A stretch of 60,485 nucleotides of DNA, counting the filler. It is 10 parts of 10 records of this genome, joined end to end, with 100 filler letters (N's around TTAATTAATTAA, not from the genome) between each part and the next. Parts side by side here need not be neighbours in the genome. Positions count along the whole stretch, not along the records: positions 17,049 to 24,055 come from SRR31147125_155962; positions 24,156 to 30,408 come from SRR31147125_156666; 8 more parts are not named here. The stretch is one strand, 5' to 3'. The notes below the pieces were generated by a model. The model was not told the DNA's origin and searched no databases. It saw nothing but the letters and a program-made list of their open reading frames with translations. Below, piece after piece: positions 20,631 to 30,508 of this stretch. How positions within the stretch are numbered: the stretch's first letter is position 1; every line of letters starts with the position of its first letter. The position numbers and the translations under genes were made by a program.

Positions 20631-22751
20631 TTAGATCGCCAGACCGATTTTTGCCCCTTCGCGCATGGCATCCACAATCAATCCCGGCTCCCTTGAACTT
20701 CCAATGTTATACACCTCCGGCACAAGCTCTTTAAGCCGATCGGTCAGCTCCGTGTTGGGAATAAGATCCTGGGTGGGAATGACATGCTTGGCATCCAGCA
20801 CAAAGACCCGTTTATCCATCTGCCGAATCTCCAGGCCCTTATCAGTGACCTTTTCATAGGTAACGTCAGACCAGATGGGGACCCCTTTTTGTTTGAACCA
20901 AGGCCAGAGATTATCAAGATCGTCTACGGTGACCTTGTCTCCCAACTCTTCCTTTGGCCCATTGTGTACAATGGTGACATCCCGCCCCCGTTTGGTCAGG
21001 AACTCAGCCAGCTCACAGCCATGAAGGGTGCCCCCCACCACGACCACTTTTTTGCCCACCGGCATATGAAGTTTGGAGAGCTTTTCCATTTGCGCAGAGC
21101 TGAAAAATTTGAGCCAGAACTTGAGTTGATGGTGCATATCTCCGGCTTTGAGCACTTTGGCACTGTCTCCGCCGGGAATATCAAAGGTGCCGTATTCGGG
21201 GCCAGCCGCCACAATTACTGCGTCGGGTTTTTCCTTTAGCACCAGCTCTTTATTCACTTCGGTTTTCATGTGAACGGTGACCTCCTCTTTTTCAAGCTGG
21301 GTCTCCAGGTATTTGACGAAAATAGTTAAATCTTCCGTCTCCAGATCCTTGACAATGGCTGCCAATCGAATCAAGCCTCCCAAATGGGGGCCTTTTTCGT
21401 AAAGGCTCACATGATGGCCGCGCCTTGCAGCTTGTCTGGCCGCTTCCATACCGGCAGGTCCACCCCCCACCACCATCACTTTCTTCTGTTTTTTGACAGG
21501 GGAGGGGGTATATTCGGGTAGAAGTTCTCTGCCCAGGGTCGCGTTGGTACGGCATTCCAGTTTCTTGTTGCGGTTACGCATGTCAAAGCAGTGGAGGCAG
21601 CCGTTACACCATCGAATATCCTCCAGGCGATCCTCCATCACTTTATTGGGAAGGTCGGGATCAGCCAAAAGGCGTCGTGTCATGCCGACAAAATCAAGAC
21701 TCCCTTTTTGGAGATACTCTTCCCCAAGGACGGGATCCAGACGACAAGCCGTCCACACCGGAACCTTAACCCCTTTTGCTTTGAGTGCTTCGGTAAGGGG
21801 AACGGATGCCCCTTTACCTCCCCGGCTCCAATCATAATCTTCAGGCAGATCGTCCGGCGGTTCGGGAAAGAGAATGCGATCCGGTTGGAGAAGTCCGCCA
21901 CGATGACCGTATCGTTCCCCGCGAACGTTGATGCCGTCCGCCACATCCGATACCCAAAGGGCCATCTCCGCCCCTTCATCCAATGTTGTGGCCAGTGGGT
22001 GATTGTACTCCACGGCATTCATGATCACATGGACGGCAAAGTCGGGACCGGTTCGACGTTTGGCTTCCTCCACGCAGCGTCTGAGAAACCGGGTGCGATT
22101 TTCAAAGTTCTGGGGACCATACTCATCGGTTCGTTTGTTCCAGATACGGGATAGGAAGGTGTTGCCTTGATGACAGGTGGCATGGTTGATCTCACAGGCG
22201 TCAAATCCGGCTTTCCAGGCCCGCTCAGCCGCACCGGCCCAGAGATCGATCTGCTCTTCGATCTCCTCTTTGGTCAGGGCCCGACAGGGTAGGAAATCGG
22301 GGCCCGGCAGTTCCTCTTCGGTCATGTCCGAAGCGCATTTGATTTCGCGAATGGCCGGATCTCTAGGTAGCAGTCCCGTTGGATTCCAGGGTCCTGCATG
22401 TTGAAATTGGATGGAGACCTTTGCCCCGTGTTTGTGAACGGCGTCGGTCAGGTTTTTAAATCCGGGAATGAAACGATCGTCGTCAAAGTGGAGTTGGACT
22501 CCCTCGTAACTGCCGTCTTCATGGTAGTGAACATGCTGAATTCCCAAGGGGTATTCCGTACCGCAGGATTCCACCACGATGAATCCGGTGCCGCCTTTGG
22601 CAAGCCGCTCGTAATAGGCGACCATCCGGGGACCGCAGGTTTGATCCGGCTCCATGAAGGAGGTTCCGTTGGCGGTTTTGAGAAAACGGTTTTTCACCTT
22701 GACCGGTCCGATCCATCCCGGTTCCAGAAGTTTTTGAAATCTTGATGACAT
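20631..22751 (-). CDS. Old Yellow Enzyme family NADH:flavin oxidoreductase (enoate-reductase/BaiCD/FadH-like; FMN barrel, 4Fe-4S, FAD/NAD domain)
   Basis: YYERLAKGG, QFQHAG, NKRTDEYG..FENRTRF, R.LLADPDLPNK, CNGCLHC-x11-C, VVGGGPAGMEAA. Confidence 0.9.
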   Translation of the reverse strand: MSSRFQKLLEPGWIGPVKVKNRFLKTANGTSFMEPDQTCGPRMVAYYERLAKGGTGFIVVESCGTEYPLGIQHVHYHEDGSYEGVQLHFDDDRFIPGFKNLTDAVHKHGAKVSIQFQHAGPWNPTGLLPRDPAIREIKCASDMTEEELPGPDFLPCRALTKEEIEEQIDLWAGAAERAWKAGFDACEINHATCHQGNTFLSRIWNKRTDEYGPQNFENRTRFLRRCVEEAKRRTGPDFAVHVIMNAVEYNHPLATTLDEGAEMALWVSDVADGINVRGERYGHRGGLLQPDRILFPEPPDDLPEDYDWSRGGKGASVPLTEALKAKGVKVPVWTACRLDPVLGEEYLQKGSLDFVGMTRRLLADPDLPNKVMEDRLEDIRWCNGCLHCFDMRNRNKKLECRTNATLGRELLPEYTPSPVKKQKKVMVVGGGPAGMEAARQAARRGHHVSLYEKGPHLGGLIRLAAIVKDLETEDLTIFVKYLETQLEKEEVTVHMKTEVNKELVLKEKPDAVIVAAGPEYGTFDIPGGDSAKVLKAGDMHHQLKFWLKFFSSAQMEKLSKLHMPVGKKVVVVGGTLHGCELAEFLTKRGRDVTIVHNGPKEELGDKVTVDDLDNLWPWFKQKGVPIWSDVTYEKVTDKGLEIRQMDKRVFVLDAKHVIPTQDLIPNTELTDRLKELVPEVYNIGSSREPGLIVDAMREGAKIGLAI

Positions 22752-22842
22752 TTGCCCTTTCTCCCTATATTGACAAGTAAAATGTTGTGTCCAAAAAATT
22801 ATTCCATAGGTTTGCTTTGCAAAACCTGTCGACAGTTTAAGG

Positions 22843-23766
22843 TTAACTTCCCAGGCTCTTTTTCACGGTTTCAACCGCCGCTTTCAACGTGTCCGTGGTA
22901 ATTTTCAGACCATCTTGTTCGTCCGGTGCCAGTTCCAGTTCTTGAATCTCCCGGACGCCCCCTTTTCCAATAATGGCCGGAACGGTCATGCTCAAACCGC
23001 GATGTCCGTATTCACCGTCCAGGATCATTGAGACGGGAATCATTTTCTTTGTGTCGTTGACAAGGGCATCCACAATATCGGCAAGGCCGACGGCACAGGT
23101 CCATCCGGCGGTCCGACCCGATTTCAACTCTTCGAACCGTCTTAAAATATGGGGCACTTCCCCTCGAATGCTTGCTTTGGTCTCTTCGCTGATCGATACC
23201 GTCTCCCCTTTGATCCGGGCGGAGCTGAATACCAGCACCTGGGTGCTTCCATGTTCTCCAATTACCACGCCTTCCACATCACTCACCTTGACATTGTATG
23301 CCCGGGCCAGCATCTCCCTGAATCGGAATGAATCATTGGTGGAGTAGCCGATGAGCTTCATGCGATCAATACCCAGTACCATCTGTGTCGCGACATTGAG
23401 AGGACCGGGCGGGTTGCTGGCTGTGATGACGATGGCGTCGGGACAATATGTTTTGATCTCTTCACAGATGCCTTTGATGATTTCCACGTTTTTCGGCAGC
23501 ATTTCCATTCGATCGGCAATGACGCCCTGGGCCGCACCGGCACAGTTGATGACGATGTCCGAGTCTTTCATGTCGCTGAAATCACCGGCATACACCTTCA
23601 TATCCAGATGGGAAACGGCCGTACTGAGATCCATGGCATGCTGCTTTAATACATTTTGCCGTCTTCCGCCAATCAGGACCAATTCGTCGGCAAGCCCTCG
23701 TGCTGCAATGTAAAACGCCGAACATGACCCAACACACCCTGCTGCACCAATTACTGTAATTTTCAT
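22843..23766 (-). CDS. LDH/MDH-family L-2-hydroxyacid dehydrogenase
   Basis: IGAAGCVG, DSFRFR, VIGEHG, GEYG..G..TVPAIIG; loop AGAAQG has Gln rather than the MDH Arg. Confidence 0.85.
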   Translation of the reverse strand: MKITVIGAAGCVGSCSAFYIAARGLADELVLIGGRRQNVLKQHAMDLSTAVSHLDMKVYAGDFSDMKDSDIVINCAGAAQGVIADRMEMLPKNVEIIKGICEEIKTYCPDAIVITASNPPGPLNVATQMVLGIDRMKLIGYSTNDSFRFREMLARAYNVKVSDVEGVVIGEHGSTQVLVFSSARIKGETVSISEETKASIRGEVPHILRRFEELKSGRTAGWTCAVGLADIVDALVNDTKKMIPVSMILDGEYGHRGLSMTVPAIIGKGGVREIQELELAPDEQDGLKITTDTLKAAVETVKKSLGS

Positions 23767-23826
23767 CTGGTGATCTCCTTTCTATCTTTTTCAATCCGGG
23801 AAACGGTTGAGAGTCGTATTGTTATT

Positions 23827-23854
23827 CCGTATATTGAATACGGTACCCCAGTTG
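23827..23854. promoter_or_regulatory. Putative operator, copy 2 (CCGTAT-N6-TACGGTACCCCAGTTG)
   Basis: Matches 20435-20462; upstream of the dehydrogenase gene. Confidence 0.65.
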
Positions 23855-23920
23855 TTTTAGGAAAAATATTGATTGAACCGGTCCCGTGTTTGTCGTGATT
23901 TTCAGTTGATTTTATCAGTT

Positions 23921-23956
23921 GTATTTAGGATACGGTATCCCAGATTTCTTTGTCAA
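23921..23956 (-). promoter_or_regulatory. Putative sigma70 promoter overlapped by a third operator copy
   Basis: TTGACA (23956-23951)-N18-TATCCT (23932-23927); GTATttaggATACGGTATCCCA at 23921-23942. Confidence 0.55.
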
Positions 23957-24155
23957 GTCTTTTTTGAACAAAAAATGTCGCGTGGGAGAAAGTTTCGTTC
24001 TTTATCCGTTGTTCTGTACCCGGGATACCATGGGCAGACCATGATTATTGGCTTTNNNNNNNNNNNNNNNNNNNNNNNNNNNNNNNNNNNNNNNNNNNNT
24101 TAATTAATTAANNNNNNNNNNNNNNNNNNNNNNNNNNNNNNNNNNNNNNNNNNNN

Positions 24156-24316
24156 AGCATGAAAATCCTCGAACCAATGAGCGTGCGGGGTTTCATATAA
24201 ACCCCCATGTTTGCAGACGCATCACAACGAAGCGTGAAAGTCTTTATATGTCAGTATGTTACGGATGCTTTCTAATAAACGCGCATGAGCAGACTACTCT
24301 CAACGAAGGGTGAATG
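24156..24316. repeat. Degenerate ~50-bp direct repeats with unique 24-28-bp spacers (partial copy 24156-24166, copies 24191-24240 and 24269-24316)
   Basis: Hand alignment of the two full copies gives 37/50 identities; repeat 3' ends recur at 75-76 bp. Confidence 0.65.
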
Positions 24317-24458
24317 CTCTTGCTTGAGTGGGGTCAAGGTCATTCAAATAAATTATGGTTTTTCTTGGCTCTTTTGTTTTGAGATGCTAATATAAGGATA
24401 ACAAATCGAATTTCTGATTTCGAAATTTCAATACGGCAGAGGATAAGGGAAAGTATTC

Positions 24459-25145
24459 ATGAAGGGAAAAGATACATTGATCTCCCGTGTCGGTAGAATT
24501 ATCAGCGGTGGGGCTCAGAAGCTTGTCGAAGTATTGGAGAGCGCGACACCTGAAATCGTTATGGAACAAACCATAAATGAAATTGACGACGCCATTTTCG
24601 ATATCCGTGCCGAATTGGGTAAAGAGGAAGCTGAAAAGCACATTGTCATCAAAGGGCTGGCGGATGCCACAGCGAAACATAAAGAGCTTGCCGATCAAAT
24701 TCATATCGCTTTGGATGAAAATAGAGAGGATCTGGCAGAAGCTGCGCTTCATCGTCAATTTGACATTGAATCCCAAATTCCGATTTTAAAACAGCGGGTG
24801 GAGAATGCCGATCAAAGGATCAATGACCTCACCAACTATATTTCAGCCCTGCAAGCAAAGAAAAGAGAGATGCGCGATGAACTCAAAGAGTGGCGATCAT
24901 CCAAGACAATTTGCGAAACCATGCGTATCGGTGGTACAGCAAAAACAGATGCCGAGATTGAAGCGAAAGTCATTCGGGCGGAATCCGCTTTTGATCGGAT
25001 TATGAGTGAAAAATCAATCGGTAATGAATTTGATTCGAAACATGATGGCAAACTGGCTGAACTTGAAGCATTGTCCAAGAAGAACCGCATCAAAGAGCGG
25101 TTGACCCAAATCAAGACAACGCGCATAGAGAATAAAAATGGTTGA
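24459..25145 (+). CDS. pspA: PspA/IM30 family protein
   Basis: SRVGRIISG..VEVLESATPEIVMEQTINE, ALDENREDLAEAAL, all-helical coiled coil, LAELEAL..IKERL. Confidence 0.85.
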   Translation: MKGKDTLISRVGRIISGGAQKLVEVLESATPEIVMEQTINEIDDAIFDIRAELGKEEAEKHIVIKGLADATAKHKELADQIHIALDENREDLAEAALHRQFDIESQIPILKQRVENADQRINDLTNYISALQAKKREMRDELKEWRSSKTICETMRIGGTAKTDAEIEAKVIRAESAFDRIMSEKSIGNEFDSKHDGKLAELEALSKKNRIKERLTQIKTTRIENKNG

Positions 25146-25815
25146 ACTGTTTCTATCCACGGACAATATTCCGTTTTCCGTCGCATTGGTCATGTTGATC
25201 GGCATTGCCCTGCTTGAGGGGGTCGGCACTGTTGTCGGCGTTGGCTTGTCGCAATTTCTTGAGAGCATTTTACCCGACATGGATGTCCCGGAAGCGGATC
25301 TTACAGTGGAGACGGATGTCGAAGTGGAAACGCCTTCCACTTTTACCCGTTTACTCGGGTGGATCAAAATCAAAGATGTTCCCATGCTGGTGGTACTTGT
25401 GGTGTTTCTGACCTTTTTCTCTCTTTCCGGTTTCACTCTGCAAGCCATTGCCAAATCCCTCGTTGCTTTTTATCTGCCTTGGTTTATCTCCATTATTCCC
25501 GCCACTCTCATTGCACTGTTTTTTGTCAGACATATTTCACTGATGTTATCAAAATTGTTGGTTAAGGATGAAACGGAAGTGGTGTCGACGGAATCGTTTA
25601 TCGGGCATATCGCCGTCATTTCTCTTGGGACAGCCCAACCAGGCACTCCGGCTGAGGCAAAGCTCACCGATGGCTATGGGCAGGTGCATTATATCCGCGT
25701 GGAACCGGATGATGAGAATGACCGATTCGAACAGTTGACCGAAGTGCTTCTTGTTGAAAAGCATGGGCATGTTTTCAAGGCGATCAGAAATCCCAACGCC
25801 ATGCTGACGGATTGA
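25138..25815 (+). CDS. yqiJ: YqiJ family inner-membrane protein (NfeD-like C-terminal OB fold)
   Basis: NIPFSVAL..LLEG, LGW....VP..V.L, PAEAKLTDGYGQVHYIRVEPD; overlaps the pspA stop. Confidence 0.85.
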   Translation: MVELFLSTDNIPFSVALVMLIGIALLEGVGTVVGVGLSQFLESILPDMDVPEADLTVETDVEVETPSTFTRLLGWIKIKDVPMLVVLVVFLTFFSLSGFTLQAIAKSLVAFYLPWFISIIPATLIALFFVRHISLMLSKLLVKDETEVVSTESFIGHIAVISLGTAQPGTPAEAKLTDGYGQVHYIRVEPDDENDRFEQLTEVLLVEKHGHVFKAIRNPNAMLTD

Positions 25816-25841
25816 AATTTTAATAGAGGAGAGGGGTATTT

Positions 25842-27586
25842 ATGGATTTTTCTGTTTTGGGGTCCGTTATCAATTCCAATTTGACGTTGATACTGGTTAT
25901 CGCAGGGATTCTGTTACTGGCCTTGCTACTGGTAGGCTTCGTATTTGCACGTCTGTATCAGCGCGCTTCCAAAGAAACCTCCTTTGTGAGAACGGGATTT
26001 AGAGGACAAAAAGTGATCATGAACGGAGGTGCATTGGTATTGCCGGTGCTCCATGAAATCATTCGCGTCAATATGCGGACGCTGCGATTGGTCGTATCCA
26101 GAAGGGATGAACAGGCGTTGATTACGCAAGATCGCATGCGAGTGGACGTCACTGCTGAATTCTACCTGAGAGTCAAACCGGATGAAAGCGCCATTGCATT
26201 TGCCGCACAGACGCTGGGGACTCGCACCATGTCACCCAACGATTTGAAAGAATTGATGGAGGGAAAGTTTGTGGATGCCCTTCGCGCCGTGGCGGCTGAA
26301 ATGGCCATGGAAGAGTTACATGAAAAACGTACCGATTTTGTTCAAAAGGTTCAAAATGCCGTCACAGGAGATCTTGAAAAGAACGGTCTGGAGTTGGAAT
26401 CCGTCTCATTGACCGCACTGGATCAGACCGACAAGCAGTTCTTCAATGCAGACAATGCATTTGATGCTCAAGGATTGACCCGGCTGACGGAAACAATTGA
26501 AAGTAAAAGAAAAGTCAGGAACGATATCGAACAAAATACATCCATTGAAATTCACAAGAAGAATCTCGAGGCGGAAAAGCAACGGTTGGAGTTGAAAAAA
26601 CTGGAAGACTTTGCCACGGCAACACAGCAACGCGAGGTGGCAAACCAGGCAGCCCAGGAGGCCGCAGCCATTGCGCAGGAAAAGGCGTCGAACGATCGAA
26701 AAGCGGCCGAAGCCGATATCGAAGCGAAAAAGCAGGTGGAGACGGCAAAGATCAAAGCCAATCGTCAGGTTCAAGAAGAGAGCATTTTAAATGATCAGGC
26801 GATTAAACAAAAGGATATCGAGCGGGAAAGGGAAATTGAGATATCCAATCAGGATCGTGAGATTTCCATTGCTGAAAAGTCAAAGGAAAAATCGAAATCG
26901 GAAAAAGAGGCCAAGGAGGCCGAAGCCCAGGCGGTTGCTGCAACTGAAAAAGTCACCACCGCCCGTGAAACCGAAATCGCCAATCGGAATAAGCAAATTG
27001 CCATTATAAAGGCCGCTGAAAACGCGGAACAGGATGCTGTGGGCATCAAAGTGGCTGCCGAAGCCGGCAAGATCGCCGCGCTGGATGAAGCCGAAGCCGT
27101 TAAAACAAAGGCACAAGCGGAATCGGATGCGGTCATCATCAAAGCCAAAGCGGATCAAGAACGGTATCGTGTTGAAGCGGAAGGAAGTGAGATGCTCAAT
27201 CAAGCCGAGAATACCCTTGCACAAGAGATTATTCAGATGCGTATTCAGCTTGAAACCATTAAACATGCGCCGGCCATCGTCGCAGCCAGTGTGAAACCGA
27301 TAGAGGCGATCGAAGGAATGAAAGTGATCAATGTCTCAGGGTTGGGCGGGTTGGTCGGTACGGGGGTGACGGTCACATTCAAAATGGGGATGGGAACATC
27401 TCCGATCAATTGATCAATTCCGTTCTGAAATACAGAGGCCTGGCACCGGTGGTCGATTCAATCCTAAAGGAAGTCGGGTTGGATTCAAGTAGCGTCGAAG
27501 GATTGACAAGTATGGTAGAAGAAAATTTGCAGGTGAAGCCGAAAAGTGAAACCGCGAAAGAAAAAAATGGAGACATCCGAGTCTGA
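25842..27586 (+). CDS. yqiK: YqiK-like flotillin (SPFH) protein; single-base frameshift in a G-run near 27365, true stop TGA 27584-27586
   Basis: FVRTG.RGQKVIMNGGALVLPVLHE, ALITQDRMRVDV.AEFYLRV, LEKNGLELESVSLT.LDQT; shifted frame continues DQLINSVLKYRGLAPVVDSILKEVG. Confidence 0.9.
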
Positions 27587-27632
27587 CAAAACCTGAAACC
27601 CAACCGCTATTGAAAATTATGGAGAAACTCGT

Positions 27633-27839
27633 ATGGAAAAACAACTGAGTATTGAAGGAATGTCATGTCAACACTGCGTAGGGCGAGTCAAAAAATATCT
27701 TGAAACCGTCGGCACTAATGTCCAAGTGGATTTAGAAGGAAAAAAAGCGGTATTTGAGACGGATTCCAATCAGGATATGGAGACCGTCATCAAGGAAATA
27801 TCCGCATTTGGATTCACTGCCGAGGAAATTCAGTCTTGA
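27633..27839 (+). CDS. copZ: Copper chaperone (HMA domain)
   Basis: IEGMSCQHC motif, 68 aa, directly upstream of a Cu-ATPase. Confidence 0.88.
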   Translation: MEKQLSIEGMSCQHCVGRVKKYLETVGTNVQVDLEGKKAVFETDSNQDMETVIKEISAFGFTAEEIQS

Positions 27840-27936
27840 TGGATTTCTAAAAAGAGATAAGGGACTCTGTCTGTCTCAAAACCGTTGAAGCATGAAGGGC
27901 AACTGAAAAGTTGCCCTTTGTATTGGAGCGAGTGAT

Positions 27937-30408
27937 ATGAAAGAAACACATGAAATAAACGTCTACGGTATGATGTGCACTCATTGCGAGAAAGCCGTGG
28001 CCACAGCGTTGGAAAAATTTGACGGCGTCGACACGGTATCGGCATCCCATGAGCAAGAATTGGTCACCCTGGAGGTTTCCCCGGGCATCCATCGATTGAG
28101 ACTCTGAAAGCGGCCATTCTTGAAGAGGGGTATGACCTGACGCCTCAAGCAAACCCATCCGACACCAACACTGATAACGAGACTGCGGCAGAACCGGTAG
28201 CGGAGCCGAAACCAAAATCGGATCAGACTGCTGCCAATCCCGCTTCTGACGCATTTTGTGATATTTCATTCAACATCCAGGGCATGCACTGCGCCAACTG
28301 CTCGCTGGCCATCGAAAAGGCCTTCAACCGGACAAACGGGGTGGCGACAACGGCCATCAACCTGCCATTGGAAAAAGGCTTTGTGACCTATGACCCTGCC
28401 GTGTTGGATGAGAAAGGCATCCTGGACATTGTAAAATCAGCCGGATACGAAGCCTCCTTGGAATCGACTCGGGATGACAAGGCCGGCAGCAAGGAAAAAT
28501 TCAGGTTTCTGTTTGCCTTGGGTATCACGGTGCCCATGATGGCGATCATGCATCTGGCCCTTTTCAGTATGACAACCACCAATATGATCATGTGCGTCAT
28601 GGCCACGCTGGTTCAGATCGTTTCCGGTCGGGCATTTTACGAAGGGGCGTATCATTCCTTGAAAAACAGAATGGCCAACATGGATGTTCTCATCTCTTTG
28701 GGGATATCTGCGGCTTATTTTTACAGTCTTTTCGCCATCCTTTTTCTGGATCCGGGTAAACCGCTATTCTTTGACAGCGCCGCCATGCTCATCACCTTTA
28801 TCCTCATTGGAAAGATGCTCGAGGCCAATGCCAAGGGCAAGACCGGACAGGCATTGAAGGAATTGCTGGCATTGAATGCAGACACGGCCAGAATCGTCAA
28901 AGAGGGGAAAGAAGAAATCCTTGCAACATCCATGGTTGAAAAAGGGAATGTGGTGCGGGTGCTGGCCGGTGAAAAAATCCCGGTGGATGGAGAGGTGCTC
29001 GAAGGGACGACCCAGGTGGATGAAGCCATGCTCACGGGAGAATCCTTTCCGGTGTCAAAATCGCCCGGTCAGCCGGTCACAGGCGCCACCATCAACCTTT
29101 CCGGAACCATCCTGATCAAAACCACCCAAACCGGCAATGATACGGTCCTTGCCGGGATCATCAAAATGGTGGAAGATGCCCAGGCCGACAAGGCTCCGAT
29201 CCAGCGACTGGCCGACACGGCCTCCAATGTTTTTGTGCCGGTGGTGGTGGCCGTTGCCCTGATCACGTTTTGTTACTGGTACCTTTTTTCCAGGCCGGAC
29301 GGCGGGCTTCCCACCACACCGTTTTTGTTTGCCTTTGAACGGATGATTGCCGTTCTCGTCATTGCCTGTCCCTGCGCGTTGGGGCTTGCCACTCCCACGG
29401 CCATCATGGTCGGCAGCGGCGTGGGGTTGAGCCGGGGAATTCTTTTTAAAAAGGGGTCGGTGCTGGAAAACATCTCCCGCCTGGACATGGTGTTTTTTGA
29501 TAAAACCGGCACCCTGACCCGGGGGAAACCGGAAGTGACCGGCATCTATCCGGCGGATGGGATTTCGGAAAAAGAGCTGCTTACCCTTGCGGCCGCTGCT
29601 GAAGCAGATTCCTCCCATCCCCTGGCGCCGGCCGTGGTCGCTGCTGCTAAAGAAAAGGGCATTGTCTCGGAAGCCGCCGAAGACTCCCATGAGATCTCCG
29701 GCCTGGGCATGGAATGCCGGTACGACAGTAAACTGCTCAAGGTGGGAAATCTGAAGTTGGTGAAAATGGATCAAATCCCCCTGAAATCGCAAAGAAAGGG
29801 GATGCGCTTGCTCAGAAAGGCCACACTTTGGTTTATGTCAGTCTGGATCATCAGGTAATGGGAGTGATCGCCCTGGCCGACGTCATCAAGCCCGACGCAA
29901 AGGAGGCCATCCGGCGGCTTCAAGATGCCGGAATCGAAACCGCCCTGATTTCAGGGGATAACCGTGCGTCAGCCCAGTGGGCTGCCGGACAAGCGGGCAT
30001 CACCCAAGTAGAGGCGGAAGTGATGCCCGAAGATAAAATCGATCTGGTGAAGAAATGGCAGGCAAAGGGCTTGAAAGCGGCCATGGTGGGGGACGGCATC
30101 AATGATGCCCCGGCTCTGGCCCAGGCGGATATCGGTATTGCCATCGGATCGGGCACGGACGTGGCCAAGGAAACCGGGGAAGTGGTCCTGGTCAAAAACA
30201 GTCTTCTCGATGTGGAGCGGGCCATCAGGTTGGGGAAAAAGACGCTGACCACCATCAAACAAAATTTTTTCTGGGCGTTTTTTTACAATCTGCTCATGAT
30301 CCCGGTGGCGGCAGGGGCGCTGTACCCTATTTACGGTCTGACGCTGACGCCGGAATTTGCAAGTATTGCCATGTGGTTTTCATCCCTTTCGGTGGTGGGC
30401 AACTCCTT
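27937..30408 (+). CDS. copA: Cu(I)-translocating P1B-ATPase, two N-terminal HMA domains; frameshifts near 28085 and 29780; 3' end truncated
   Basis: GMMCTHC and GMHCANC, TGES, CPC, DKTGT, SSHP, GDGINDAP, YN..MIP, M..SS.SV. Confidence 0.92.
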
Positions 30409-30508
30409 NNNNNNNNNNNNNNNNNNNNNNNNNNNNNNNNNNNNNNNNNNNNTTAATTAATTAANNNNNNNNNNNNNNNNNNNNNNNNNNNNNNNNNNNN
30501 NNNNNNNN

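Noticed and set aside
24156..24316. Formal CRISPR array call
   Set aside because: Only two full copies at about 74% identity, repeats longer than spacers and no cas genes; kept as an unexplained repeat finding
28070..28110. Programmed -1 frameshift in copA (C CCG GGC), by analogy with E. coli CopA(Z)
   Set aside because: The short product would lack the end of the HMA fold, the full ATPase would depend on a poor slippery site, a separate copZ exists, and the gene has a second homopolymer indel
30409..30508. Functional linkage across spacers, such as copA with msh or XPB with G-beta
   Set aside because: Adjacent contigs are unrelated; adjacency comes from concatenation
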